Assembly (NCBI GenBank): GCA_044892525.1
Contig: CM097885.1
Coordinates: 52,888,001-52,952,000, forward strand
Length of the DNA stretch: 64,000 nt
Direction of reading: 5' to 3'
From: Schmidtea polychroa
Taxonomy: Eukaryota
Shown here: positions 51,190 through 63,599 of the stretch, one piece after another
Layout: every line of letters starts with the position of its first letter
Numbering within the stretch: position 1 is the stretch's first letter
The notes under the pieces: model-generated
What the model was told of the DNA's origin: nothing
Seen by the model: only the letters and a program-made list of their open reading frames with translations
Databases searched by the model: none
Position numbers and translations under genes: made by a program

Positions 51190-53454
51190 TTAGTCCTCAT
51201 CGGACAAAATAACGTCATCGATATCGATGTCATCTTCTTCATTAAATTCTTCCTCATCTTCTCCAAAATCTTCATTTAATTCTTCCTCATCTTCTCCATC
51301 ATTTTCTCCAACATTTTCTGAAACATTTTCTGCAACAATTTCTCCAACATTTTCTCCAATATTTAATTCACTTAATCTTACATGCCCATATGCAAGACTA
51401 GTATTTTTCCCAACCAAAACCCTTTTGTCATCTTTGTTTGTTAGTGCTATTTTTGTGTTTTTAATTGTAAAAATTTGATGATTTTTGCTTGTTATTTTAG
51501 TCTGAGGAACCGAAAAAATCTGGTTAGTGTTATAACAATCCAGGTATGACTGATGTTTTATGTCACTACCTTTCAATGTTACACCTTTAGCCTTTTTTGT
51601 TTCCTCATCACCCAACAAGCTATAACATTTAGGTCTAAGAAAAACCCACTCCTTATATTTAAGACCTTTATTCTCGTCTTTGAACTTTCCAATGACTGAA
51701 TCAAGGTTCTTACTATATAAGGAATGACAACTATTGTAATTGGAAGTATCCAATAAATTATCTCGAATCATTGCAGGTAAAAGAACCTCAAGTTTACAGT
51801 TAATGACTTCGAGGAAAAAAGAATCCGTATCACCCGCAACGATATTAATTTTACAATTAAACTCATTGCGAAATGATTCCAGATCCTTATATTGCAATTC
51901 ATAGATTCTAAGTTTAGATAGATCAAGTACAGATTGACCAATGTAACTCGGTCTATCTAAACATATAGAATCTGAATTCAATAGTGCTGCAATTAAATTA
52001 TCTGCTATTTTAATAGATTTTTTAAAAGTCGGTTTTGACGAATATTTAACTAATTTACCGGCAGTTGTACAAAGACGAAGATTCATTCTTCTCTTTAAAT
52101 TTTCAACTGTTTTGCCGTATAAACTGTTATTTAGCAATTTATAATAATTTTTATCTAAGCTATTTACGCTTTTTGATCTTAATTCGGAATTTGTATCTAT
52201 ATATTTTTTAAAAATTGGTGATTGCTTAAATCTTACACCCCTATTTACACGTGTTACTTTAACACCAAGTTCCAAATATAATTTTAATAATCTCCAATGA
52301 ATAACATAATTAGATTTTGGAAGATGAGTTAATAATAATTTTTCAACCTTAGGCCCAGCAGGTTTCATTTTTTCAGCAGCAACAGGGAAATCATCCAACT
52401 TATCATGAAGCTCAGAAGGAATTACAAGATCAACTTCAAGAGTGTATCCATAAGACAAAGATTCAAGATCTAAATTCCTATATTCATCCATTATTTTATC
52501 AAATCCATCAAGAACCCAACAAAATTCGCCACAAGGTAATGATTGACTTAAAGCCCAGCCATAAAGATTATTAATATCTATATATAGTAACTCGGTGTTC
52601 TCGTCGGTTTTTACGTAATGCTTTTTCACAAAAGTAAGACCGCCTCTTATTCCACCCTCATAAAAGCTAAACATTTCGTTTTCAGTTATGAGCTCAATTG
52701 GTTCATTTAAAGACATTAATGCAGAAGACCAAGACATACCTGGAATTCCGAAATAATTCAATGGTTCCAATCTATTGTGAGCAATGGATTTCAACCGAAA
52801 CTGATGAAAGAAATCAGCCAAAAGAAAACAATCAAGTTTTAGGTAGATCATCATATAATCTAATAAAGTTCGGCAATTAGATTCTACCCAAATCTCCTGA
52901 GCTTTTTCATACTCAAGCTCAGTGACACCCTCCCAGATTGGTGGTAATTCATACGTAGTTTGTAGAACATCTAAAGAAGTGGCGAAATTATAAGGGAAGA
53001 TTCTTTTTTCACCTACTATGGTGCCAGAAAAAGCAGAATTAGTAAAAGGCAAAGAATTCAAAGTTTTGACTGCTTTAGCCAAAGAATCATTGACAAATTG
53101 ATATGAATCAATGAATCTTAGGCTAATTTTGCCTAAATGAGCAATCAAAGATATAAATTTTTCCGTAGTTATTGCGATGCACCCTAAATTCCAATTTTTA
53201 AATTTATTTAATCCATATTTAAGTATATGGTGCATATCGTATCCCTTCAAGTTGTGAAATACGATAGGCAAAATTTTATTTATTTTTCTATTTACGTTAC
53301 ATGTGCTACAAGCTGCACCCAAGTATTTGCCCGTAAAATGATCGTGATCTCTAACAGGATCCACGATAGATTTCAAACAAAGATAACAAACCGATGAATT
53401 AACGAATTGTTGTTGCTCAATTTTCGTTAATTTAATCATTGGTTTCCTACCCAT
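51190..53454 (-). CDS. polB: Protein-primed family B DNA polymerase (N-terminally truncated) with endonuclease VII-like zinc module
   Basis: CYLC...VRDHDHFTGKYLGAACSTCN, ExoII FHNLKGYD, ExoIII YLKLD, polymerase motifs YIDINNLYG, KLLNNSLYGK, GDTDS, PKCY, KAKG; acidic tail; frame stays open upstream to ~53595. Confidence 0.95.
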   Translation of the reverse strand: MGRKPMIKLTKIEQQQFVNSSVCYLCLKSIVDPVRDHDHFTGKYLGAACSTCNVNRKINKILPIVFHNLKGYDMHHILKYGLNKFKNWNLGCIAITTEKFISLIAHLGKISLRFIDSYQFVNDSLAKAVKTLNSLPFTNSAFSGTIVGEKRIFPYNFATSLDVLQTTYELPPIWEGVTELEYEKAQEIWVESNCRTLLDYMMIYLKLDCFLLADFFHQFRLKSIAHNRLEPLNYFGIPGMSWSSALMSLNEPIELITENEMFSFYEGGIRGGLTFVKKHYVKTDENTELLYIDINNLYGWALSQSLPCGEFCWVLDGFDKIMDEYRNLDLESLSYGYTLEVDLVIPSELHDKLDDFPVAAEKMKPAGPKVEKLLLTHLPKSNYVIHWRLLKLYLELGVKVTRVNRGVRFKQSPIFKKYIDTNSELRSKSVNSLDKNYYKLLNNSLYGKTVENLKRRMNLRLCTTAGKLVKYSSKPTFKKSIKIADNLIAALLNSDSICLDRPSYIGQSVLDLSKLRIYELQYKDLESFRNEFNCKINIVAGDTDSFFLEVINCKLEVLLPAMIRDNLLDTSNYNSCHSLYSKNLDSVIGKFKDENKGLKYKEWVFLRPKCYSLLGDEETKKAKGVTLKGSDIKHQSYLDCYNTNQIFSVPQTKITSKNHQIFTIKNTKIALTNKDDKRVLVGKNTSLAYGHVRLSELNIGENVGEIVAENVSENVGENDGEDEEELNEDFGEDEEEFNEEDDIDIDDVILSDED

Positions 53455-55065
53455 TTTATAATAAAAAGGAAGAACATTATTTAATGCTATATCCTCTATA
53501 GCACTTAAAAAACTCTCGACGCAATCTAAACCTATGAACTGCTGATAAGATTTAGATCCTATCTTCTTATCAAAATCTAAAAAGTCAATCAGATATCAAC
53601 TACCAACTACTAACAACCAACAACTATGTACTAACACAAATTGATCTTTAAAAGTAAATACTCTTCACTTGAAAAATTGGATGAAAAATTATTTGAACTC
53701 AAGGCATCAATAACTTGGTAAAAATTGATTAACTAATTGTAAAAATTTAAATTATTCAAAATAAATATCATAAAAATTTAATTAATGGACAAGAAAGAAT
53801 TCTAATCATTAATCATCCAGTAAATAAAAAAAATACTGATCATTCAAGTTTAATCAACTAAGGTAATAAATTAATAAAAACTTTGAAATAAGATCTAGTA
53901 GAAAATTGATTTAGATTGAATAAATTAATTTAAATAAAATTAATTTTAATTATTTTTGTAAAAGTAATACATGTACTCAAATTGATTGACTGATTTCTCA
54001 ATATATTCAAAAAATCAGTATAAATTCATTACAATTATCAAAGTCAGCAATCTACAATAAAAATAATTATCATTAAATTCCAAAAGAGACTAGATAACTA
54101 ATGATAACATCTAACAAACCAGTAAATTCATTTAAATGACAATAATTGGTATATCCAAGTGAATTCTCTAATAAAATCATCTAAAAAGCATCATTTCCCC
54201 TAAATATATCAATATTTAAAGATTAGTATTTTAATGATAAATACTTGTTAAAGATCATATATTCACCTCAAACTAACAAGATTCCTTAAAATCCTTTAAA
54301 TGACTATATTTCTACCCTTAATCCATATTATTACAAATATCATCAAAAAGCATCAAATTTCCCTGAAATATCTCTATCTTTTAAGATTAGTATCTTATCG
54401 ATAAATATCCTTAAAAGGTTATATATTTACCTCAGAATAATAAGATTCCTTAATATCCTTTTAAATGACTAATTCCTATTATCACGAATATTTCCCTATA
54501 AAACATGTAAAATAATTTGGTCATTAACCCTAAATAATTTATAAAATCTAATGATAAAACCGGTTATAATAAAATTTTTGTTAATCACTGTACTCGAAAT
54601 TTAAAATAAATATAACTGACTAGGTCCCATTGAAAGATTAAATTTATCCATTCAATAAAATATATTTCTTCAAATGATCATTTTTACCGATATTCAACCG
54701 ATTTAATTACTAATTAAAATCAAGATTCCTTCCAATAAAGATCAATTTTATTTAGTCAATGTTTTAAGTCCATATTTCTCAACTTTTGTCATTCTCCGCC
54801 TAAATTAAGATAAAAATAAATTAAAGTTGAAGTCAATCCCAATTATCTATAAAGATTTCATTGTCAAAACCAAGTAAATCGATTTTTCCATTAATATCAT
54901 CACTAATATCCCCCCGATTTTGATTAATTATTCCCCACAAATATTTCTTTTTTTTATTAAATTTATGAATTTTATGAAATAATTTTAAATAAATTAAATT
55001 AATATATTTCCATTCTTATCAACCTTCTTCTTATCTATGCCACTTCTCATTATTTACCTCCATTA

Positions 55066-56376
55066 ATGAATTATTCTACCAATTATTTTAATTTAAATCT
55101 TGAATCCTTGTCTTATGGATACACTCTTGAAGTTGATCTTGTAATTCCTTCTGAGCTTCATGATAAGTTGGATGATTTCCCTGTTGCTGCTGAAAAAATG
55201 AAACCTGCTGGGTCTAAGGTTGAAAAATTATTATTAACTCATCTTCCAAAATCTAATTATGTTATTCATTGGAGATTATTAAAATTATATTTGGAACTTG
55301 GTGTTAAAGTAACACGTGTAAATAGGGGTGTAAGATTTAAGCAATCACCAATTTTTAAAAAATATATAGATACAAATACCGAATTAAGATCAAAAAGCGT
55401 AAATAGCTTAGATAAAAATTATTATAAATTGCTAAATAACAGTTTATACGGCAAAACAGTTGAAAATTTAAAGAGAAGAATGAATCTTCGTCTTTGTACA
55501 ACTGCCGGTAAATTAGTTAAATATTCGTCAAAACCGACTTTTAAAAAATCTATTAAAATAGCAGATAATTTAATTGCAGCACTATTGAATTCAGATTCTA
55601 TATGTTTAGATAGACCGAGTTACATTGGTCAATCTGTACTTGATCTATCTAAACTTAGAATCTATGAATTGCAATATAAGGATCTGGAATCATTTCGCAA
55701 TGAGTTTAATTGTAAAATTAATATCGTTGCGGGTGATACGGATTCTTTTTTCCTCGAAGTCATTAACTGTAAACTTGAGGTTCTTTTACCTGCAATGATT
55801 CGAGATAATTTATTGGATACTTCCAATTACAATAGTTGTCATTCCTTATATAGTAAGAACCTTGATTCAGTCATTGGAAAGTTCAAAGACGAGAATAAAG
55901 GTCTTAAATATAAGGAGTGGGTTTTTCTTAGACCTAAATGTTATAGCTTGTTGGGTGATGAGGAAACAAAAAAGGCTAAAGGTGTAACATTGAAAGGTAG
56001 TGACATAAAACATCAGTCATACCTGGATTGTTATAACACTAACCAGATTTTTTCGGTTCCTCAGACTAAAATAACAAGCAAAAATCATCAAATTTTTACA
56101 ATTAAAAACACAAAAATAGCACTAACAAACAAAGATGACAAAAGGGTTTTGGTTGGGAAAAATACTAGTCTTGCATATGGGCATGTAAGATTAAGTGAAT
56201 TAAATATTGGAGAAAATGTTGGAGAAATTGTTGCAGAAAATGTTTCAGAAAATGTTGGAGAAAATGATGGAGAAGATGAGGAAGAATTAAATGAAGATTT
56301 TGGAGAAGATGAGGAAGAATTTAATGAAGAAGATGACATCGATATCGATGACGTTATTTTGTCCGATGAGGACTAA
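55066..56376 (+). CDS. polB: Inverted duplicate of the pPolB C-terminal ~425 aa (lacks exonuclease and motif A)
   Basis: Identical to the left copy from LESLSYGY to the stop except P/S and S/T; in-frame ATG comes from the spacer; AATAAA at ~56385. Confidence 0.85.
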   Translation: MNYSTNYFNLNLESLSYGYTLEVDLVIPSELHDKLDDFPVAAEKMKPAGSKVEKLLLTHLPKSNYVIHWRLLKLYLELGVKVTRVNRGVRFKQSPIFKKYIDTNTELRSKSVNSLDKNYYKLLNNSLYGKTVENLKRRMNLRLCTTAGKLVKYSSKPTFKKSIKIADNLIAALLNSDSICLDRPSYIGQSVLDLSKLRIYELQYKDLESFRNEFNCKINIVAGDTDSFFLEVINCKLEVLLPAMIRDNLLDTSNYNSCHSLYSKNLDSVIGKFKDENKGLKYKEWVFLRPKCYSLLGDEETKKAKGVTLKGSDIKHQSYLDCYNTNQIFSVPQTKITSKNHQIFTIKNTKIALTNKDDKRVLVGKNTSLAYGHVRLSELNIGENVGEIVAENVSENVGENDGEDEEELNEDFGEDEEEFNEEDDIDIDDVILSDED

Positions 56377-59300
56377 TTTTATTGAATAAATTTTATATCT
56401 TTACATTTGTTATTTGGTAAATTTTTATGTGTATAGTTCATTTTTTATTATTATTATTAATATTATTATTATTATTATTATTCCATAAAAATTTCCATCT
56501 AAAATTTGTCTTTGAAAAATATTTCATAAAATTTTCTATTAAAAATTACCATTGAAAAATAATTCATTAAAATTTCTATTAAAAAATTTCAATTCTCAAA
56601 CACCTTCTATTATTTTGTAATTAAATTTTAAAATCTTACTTTAATTTACTTTAATTTACTTATTTAAAATTTTTTACCATTGATTACTTAATTTAAAAAT
56701 TATTACTTTAATTTACTTATTTAAAATTTTTTACCATTGATTACTTAATTTAAAAATTTGGACCATTATTTACTGTAATTTAATTTTTAAGAACTTAAAT
56801 TTACTTTAATTTAAAAATTTGGACCATTATTTACTTTAATTGAAAAATCTGGACCATAATTTACTGTAATTTAATATTTTAGAACCATAATTTACTGTAA
56901 TTTAATTTTTTAGAACCATAATTTACTTTAATTTAATTTTTAGACCCATAATTTACTGTAATTTAATTTTTTAGAACCTAAATTTACTTATTTAAAAATT
57001 TGGACCATTATTTACTTTAATTCAAAATTTGGACCTTAATTTACTGTAATTTAATTTTTAGGACCATTATTTACTTTAATTGAAAAAATTTACCACGTTT
57101 TTTTAGTGTAGACCACCTATTTCTCAGGACCAAGGAGACTCACCTCACTATAGTCTGAAAAATCCTTGGCTTTTTTAGTGTAGACCACCTATTTGTATTG
57201 AAAATATCCTGAGACCTTAAATTACGATGCTTTTTTATTGAAGACCCGCTTTTGTATTGAAAATATCATGAGACCTTAAATTACGATGCTTTTTTATTGA
57301 TAGTCGGATTTTTGTATAGAAAAAATTTTTTTTGTATTGAAAATCCCAGGGCCATCGAGACCCCCTCACTATAGTCTGAAAATTCCATGCTTTTTTAGTG
57401 GTAGTCGGATTTTTGTATTGAAAAATTTTTTTTTGTATTGAAAATCCCAGGACCATCGTTTTTGTATTGAAAAAAAATTTTTGTATTGAAAATCCCAGGA
57501 CCATCGAGACCCCCTCACTATAGTCTGAAAAATTGCGTAATCAAAAGTTGCAGCAGAACCCCCCTCCCCCCGGGGGGTTGCTGCGGGGGGCTCCTAACTA
57601 CCTACTATTAGCAACACAAAGCTGATTAAATAGTCTGTCATTTAAAGAGTTGTTTCAGATTTTTTTGACTGCTCTGATGACATGTTGCAATGATTGAAAC
57701 AGTCGTTCACTTAAAGTTCTAGCAACTAAATGCTGTCGATGTATAACGCAACGTACAGCAAGCACATCAGGAATTTTGTTTTTTAAGTACGATATGAAGC
57801 CTTTTTGATACCCGGTCATTGCTGGAGCACCACCTGTAGCAGCTGATATAATATTCTCTAGAATTTCTTTTTCATCACAAAACTTTTCCTGTGTTTTAAA
57901 TACGGTTTCTCCTTTTGTGTCTGTCTCCATATTTCTAGAAAATAAAAGTTCTTGACATATTTTTTCATCTTTAATAAACCTCACGTAAGATAACAACAAT
58001 GCTTTATTAGTTGGTAAAGTGGACTCATCCAACTGAATTGAAAATTGACTAGTCTTCAGATGATTTATGGAGCATAGTAGTTAAAACTTCTTTTATAGCC
58101 GGAAAAATTAACGTTTCTCCGATGGTGTGTGGTTTACCTGTTTGAGTTATTAACAGAGAGATATTGTATGAAGCTCGAAGTCCGTCATCGTCTTGCTGAG
58201 CAGACATCGAAAAAAGTTTCAATACACTTGGCTGAACATTATGCTTCTTTTCCAGATCTTGAAAGTAGGCTACATTTTTGTCCTTTCTTATTTGGTGCAT
58301 TTTATTCAAATGATCTTGAAGTCTTGAAGGCTTCATCGCTTCGTTTGAAATGTTTATGAACAAAGAAGACACAAAGGCAAAGATGGGTTTATCGAATTTC
58401 CTATGAATCCATATTTAATATATTCTGCACTGTATTGCCGTTTCTTCTTTTTTGCTTCCGATATGGCTTTGTTTTCAAAAATATGTAAATAAAGTGTTGA
58501 ACTTAAATACTTGTTTAAAGATAGTGCGCGAAACCACTAATGAAAATATAAGAAAAATTAAGAGCTTTTATATGGGATTTAAATACAGCAAGTACCGACA
58601 GGAATAAGACAAAAAAACACAAACTCGTTTATCTCTTTCGTCGCTCAATAGTACTGAGCAAGTTAGGACAAGTATCGATGAACCAGCCGATTGCTACCGG
58701 ATTGCTCCAATAGCGTTATTTAACAGAAACTTGTTACAACTTGATTGCGTACGGCGTGCGGGCTATCCTACGAAATCTATGTTAAGTATTTTAAGTTTTT
58801 ATACCATCAGACAGGGTAGAAATATAAATTAATTATTCGTTATTGTGTAGTAGACAGGTTTTAATTTTAGTGAAATTTAAATTATAAAGTAAATGACATT
58901 ACAAATCTACCATCACCCTCTTAACTCACGTCAACGCCCCCCCATTTTTTTCTGGGCCCTTTAACGCACCCTCTATGCCTCAAACGCCCACAAGGGACGT
59001 CATCGCCCACTTTGAGAAAGACACTATTTAGAATGTGTATGATTGCAGTGTTTCCTCTTGAAATATTTCTCTCTCGATGCATCAACATCTAAATTCAACT
59101 TTCACAAGTACCCTTGGTTTAACATTGTAGAATAGTACAGGATTATATGGTATAGTAGTTACGGGATACTTAACTATTTAAACGCCCAAAATTATTTGTA
59201 CGACCGTACATTAGAGGCTGAGAAATTTCTAGCAAAAACAAAATCTAATGATATTTTATTTCACGATCAACACTTGATATTAATTAGTTAAATAAGTACA

Positions 59301-59599
59301 AAGTCAAACGCGGACACTCGCTCAATTTGTATGGGTGGCGTTGCGTGTAATTTTAAAAAGTTATTATTTTTAATTGTTGAAAATGGAAACTAAAAAATTA
59401 CAGATAAACTTTCAAAAATTTAAACAGAAAGAACCTTACTAACCCGAATATTTTACTAGTGTTAAGTAAAGTTCTTAAAATATTTTTCTCAAGATGGTGT
59501 TTAATAAACTTCTTTTAATTTTGTGGGTGTGTGCATCAGAATTTTTCAATCTTGTTTAAATTAAAACATCTTCAAATATTTCTTTCCATTTCGTAAGCG

Positions 59600-59890
59600 T
59601 ATGAAATGATGCTATAAACTCGGCAACACCCTTTTAACCAGCACCAAAGTCAGTTTACATCCAAAGAATGTGATACCATACATTTGGTGGAACTCGAAGG
59701 GAATAGTTTATTATGAACTGTTACCTGAAAACCAGACCATTAACTCGAAGGAATGCTCTTCACAACTAAGTGGATTAAGACAAGCGGTCTTAATTAGCCA
59801 ACAGAAAAGGCTTTGAGTTCTAGATGCTAGACTGCAAGCGTCTTTGGTCACACAATACAAACTTTTACATCTTGACTGTTCTAAACTGTA
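59600..59890 (+). pseudogene. mariner transposase catalytic-region remnant
   Basis: PKVSLHPKNVIPYIWWNSKGIVYYELLPENQTINS. Confidence 0.8.
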
Positions 59891-60133
59891 TCTGAAGTTA
59901 TAATTAAAATCATTTATTTTTCTTTAAGCAGTTTGTATTTTCTTTTAAAATTTCGATTATTTTATTTACAATTTTAGTTCACAATTTTTTTAAATAGGAA
60001 AAAAATTTTATCTAATGTCGTAATAAAAATAAATTATATATCATAATTTCGGCTTAACAACTATTCACCACATAATTTTAATAATAATCATAATAATTAT
60101 ATCCATTAACAAGACAAAATATTTAAATTTCAG

Positions 60134-60443
60134 AAAAGAGAGATTTATAAAGTCTAGTAAAACAAATAAAGACTTCAATATGACAATTTCTTCTTTGAAT
60201 TCCAATGAAAAAGAAAAAATAGCTGAAAGAAAAAGAGAAATAGAATTATTTTGTACAAATATAAGCAATTCACAAATTATTAGTGGACAGCCTCTGAACA
60301 GCCTCTCAGAAGGACCAATATTCAACGAACTGCCTCCTTGTTATGTACCATGTTCAATGGAAAAATCTATTCAATTTGAAACAAGAAATTGGATTCGAAA
60401 AAATCCCCAATCAATTGAAAATTTCAAAAAATTAATTTTATAA
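60134..60443 (+). CDS. Possible terminal exon of an unidentified host gene
   Basis: tttcAG acceptor then an open frame KERFIKSSK...ELPPCYVPCSMEK...KLIL*; upstream exons not established. Confidence 0.4.
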
Positions 60444-60976
60444 ATATTAAATTTATATGTTATTAATATGTTTTAATAATTTGTCATTATAATTATATAT
60501 AACTAATTTTTTTAAAAATATAAAAAATTTAAATTAAATTATTTTTTAACAAAAATGATATTTTTTCAATTTCTATGAATTACAAAATACTTTGTTTTCA
60601 TGGTTATTGTTTATTTCGTCTGAAAAAACAAAGGAAAATATGAATAAACTTTTGGTTTTAATTTTCCAACATCGAGATTAAAATTTCTTTGTTTTTCTAC
60701 AAAAACATTGACTATGAATTTCACTAGTATACATAGAAAATAAATATTAAATAATCTTAATAATTGCCATGGTTTTACACAGAAAATATTCATTTTTCAC
60801 CAAATATACGTAGAAAATTACAAAGATTTTTTATGTCCTGTTGAATATTTTACTTGGAAACCGATCCCTTGCGAAGGCAGATGTTAAAAATATTAAATTT
60901 GTTTTAATGAAGTCTTGATTTAATTTTTGTATAAATTAAAATATTTTCATTTTTTTAATTTTTTGTTAAAATTGAT

Positions 60977-61341
60977 GGTACTTCCATGTTATCTTACCCC
61001 CAAAAATTAAATTATAAAATACAATTGAAATAACAATATAAAAAATGAGAGAATACATTATTGATGACGTTATTGAACATTATTGAACATGAATTTATTA
61101 AGGCTATCTGTGATTTATGTGATTATGTGAGTTTATGTGACGCAAACGTGTTCTAAGCAACAGTGCCGATGTGTTCGACACTATTCTCAACGACATTGTG
61201 GTTTTCTGGCCACCTGGATGACCATTTACAAACTCTTTACAAACATTTGCTGAGTTTGTAACTGTGATTTAGAAAATAAATATAATAATTATGTGTTCTT
61301 TTTTAATTTAATTTTTGGGGGTAAGATAACACGGAAGTACC
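60977..61341. mobile_element. Merlin-type MITE
   Basis: ~37-bp TIR GGTACTTCC(A/G)TGTTATCTTACCCCCAAAAATTAAATTA; TSD AAATTGAT/AAATTGAC. Confidence 0.85.
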
Positions 61342-62293
61342 AAATTGACAATGTGAAATTAACACCAATCAGGGAATTTTTTAAACTCAGCCTTTTAGCA
61401 AATGAATTTAAATCTCAATAAAAAACTTTAGAGTCAGCAGGATGCAACGAGGGTTATGCAATTTGAAAACTCACACTATAGTCAGGGGTTTTTAGGCTCA
61501 CTAAAGTCTATTTTGTACAAAGAATTGTGGTCTCAGAATTTTTATGGTTGATTTGAACAGGATTTCTCACTAAAATAACCAAAAACTAAATTCTCGATTT
61601 AAAAGCATAAAAAAATTCTTAGTGTAAATATCTAAGAATTTCCTCCATAAAAATTCGTAAAAATTATTTTTAAATTAAAAAGATTTTCCTCGATAAAAAA
61701 CTCTAAATATAAATTGTTACTTAAGAACTCAAAAATTTATTAATGAAAATGAAAATCAGCATAACAAATATGCTAGGCCAAATACAGTTGGCGAGCTACT
61801 GTATGGGGTGTTTAATATTCATGTGTGCCATTTTAAGGATGCGGGCACAATCATCCACTAAAATTTTTAAAATGATAATACATAAAAGTTCAAAAGGTAA
61901 AATTTAATTTACAAAAAAGTAATTTATTTTAAATCAAAAATCCCCGAGAAATATGTTTTACACATTTCAGTGATTAATATATGTATTGGTTGTTTTCGCT
62001 TGAAATCGTGCAGCATCCCAGTTTCATCGAATCCTTCCAAACAATGCAATTTCATGTTTTTTTATCTTTCAACCAAATAGTAGTGAATCACGAGAAGTTC
62101 TTCTATGTTGATACCTGTAAAGTGGAATATCTTAAATGTGAATAACTCTAGTGCGCAATAATTCAATATATTTTTAATTCTTGGATAAAAATCTTGGTTT
62201 TCCTTAAAATTACTTCAAGATAAACTAAAAGCACTAATAATAGAATTTTATCCTTGGATACTTTTAAAAATAATTAATAATAGAACTAATTTA

Positions 62294-62349
<56 letters not shown>

Positions 62350-63599
62350 ATTTCTGAAATAATATATTCTACACATAGATTATAATTAAGAGATTTCATT
62401 CCGAATATTATTAATTTCTGGCTAGAAAATACATTTACACATGACGGATTATATCTTAGAAGAGGCAACCCTTTACATATTTCTGCTTCAACTATACATT
62501 TGACTTTGCTTTGTAATTCATATAAATTTATAAATATTTGTATATCGATTGTTACAGTGATTGAATTTGTAAATCATTTATCCACTATTTCAAATTTTCT
62601 GTTTTATGGAGTTTTTTTGCATCCCATTACCCGACATTTTCTGGATCTGAAAAATTTTAAATGTTTTCTTGTTCGATCTATAACTTGATGTGGTTTTCCA
62701 ATGAAGAAAAAGATTTAAATAATTTATTTACAAAAGTTGCAAGATATTTATCAAGTGCAAGGCCATATAATTCATAATTTAAATTTTCCGGGTTGTCGGT
62801 ATAATTAAGTATTATTGATCTGACTCCAAAGCTTGTGTTGTTTAACAACAATAACGAATTCCAAGCAATATAAACTTTTATTGATTAATACAATTGATTG
62901 CCAATAATTTAATATTATAAAAATAACTTGAAAAAAAAATAACTCAATAATTTTAATATGTTTTGAATCGTTTCTTCGATAACTTTGTAATTCAACTTGG
63001 GTTTCATTTAATTCTTTCTTCTTTTTTATAACTTCTTTTTGAATTTTTTTCCTTTTTCAACCCATGTCTCCATTTCTTTCTTTTTAACTAATGTCTTTTG
63101 GAAATTCTGTCTGTTGATTCAAATTGGGTTTCCATTTATAGTCTGCAATCTAATGACACTTATTGGTATTGAATTTCGTTTAGAGTCATTTTTTCCCGTA
63201 CGTTCCCTTTGGTCATCTCAATTTATTTTATTATCTTTGACAGCTGTCGAGATATATAATTTTTAGAAGGCACCATCTCTCATTTTCCGGTAATTCCTTC
63301 CCTTTATCTCGAAAAATCCTTCGAGATTTGCAAATTTAATTTCAATTTTGTTTTTGATTTTTCCTTTCTTCCCTTTTTATTTTTCAATTAAGAGTGAACT
63401 TGTCCTATTTCATTGTTTTGTTTTTTCCAATTCTTTGCAAAAGTGAATTAAAATATAAAAAGATCAAAAACGATAAAAAGATGGTTGTTAAAGCGATGAT
63501 GGGTGTTGAATGATAGGATTTGAAGTTGCGGGTATTTGCGGTACTAATTTTAACACATTGACGGACAGATGGAAAATTATATATGGCTATATGACGGCT

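Larger units (their letters stand above)
49555..57606. mobile_element. Non-autonomous Maverick/Polinton derivative with giant inverted arms
   Basis: Termini AGTAGGTAGTTAGGAGC...GCTCCTAACTACCTACT, 6-bp TSD ATTAGC (49549-49554 and 57607-57612), pPolB ORFs in both arms. Confidence 0.95.
48480..59025 (-). mobile_element. Degenerate hAT (Charlie/Buster-type) transposon split by the Maverick insertion
   Basis: Transposase pieces 58372-57655 (MKPSRLQDHL, DEST, CVIHRQHL) and 49468-48771 (FPSSYLCE, RGDLRL); removing the insert and one TSD restores DRLFNQLCVAN-GEDFNRLI. Confidence 0.92.

Noticed and set aside
49555..57606. Simple fold-back assembly artefact
   Set aside because: Considered unlikely: the TSD is intact, host hAT flanks are collinear, a unique spacer is present and the arms differ in repeat number; read confirmation is still needed.
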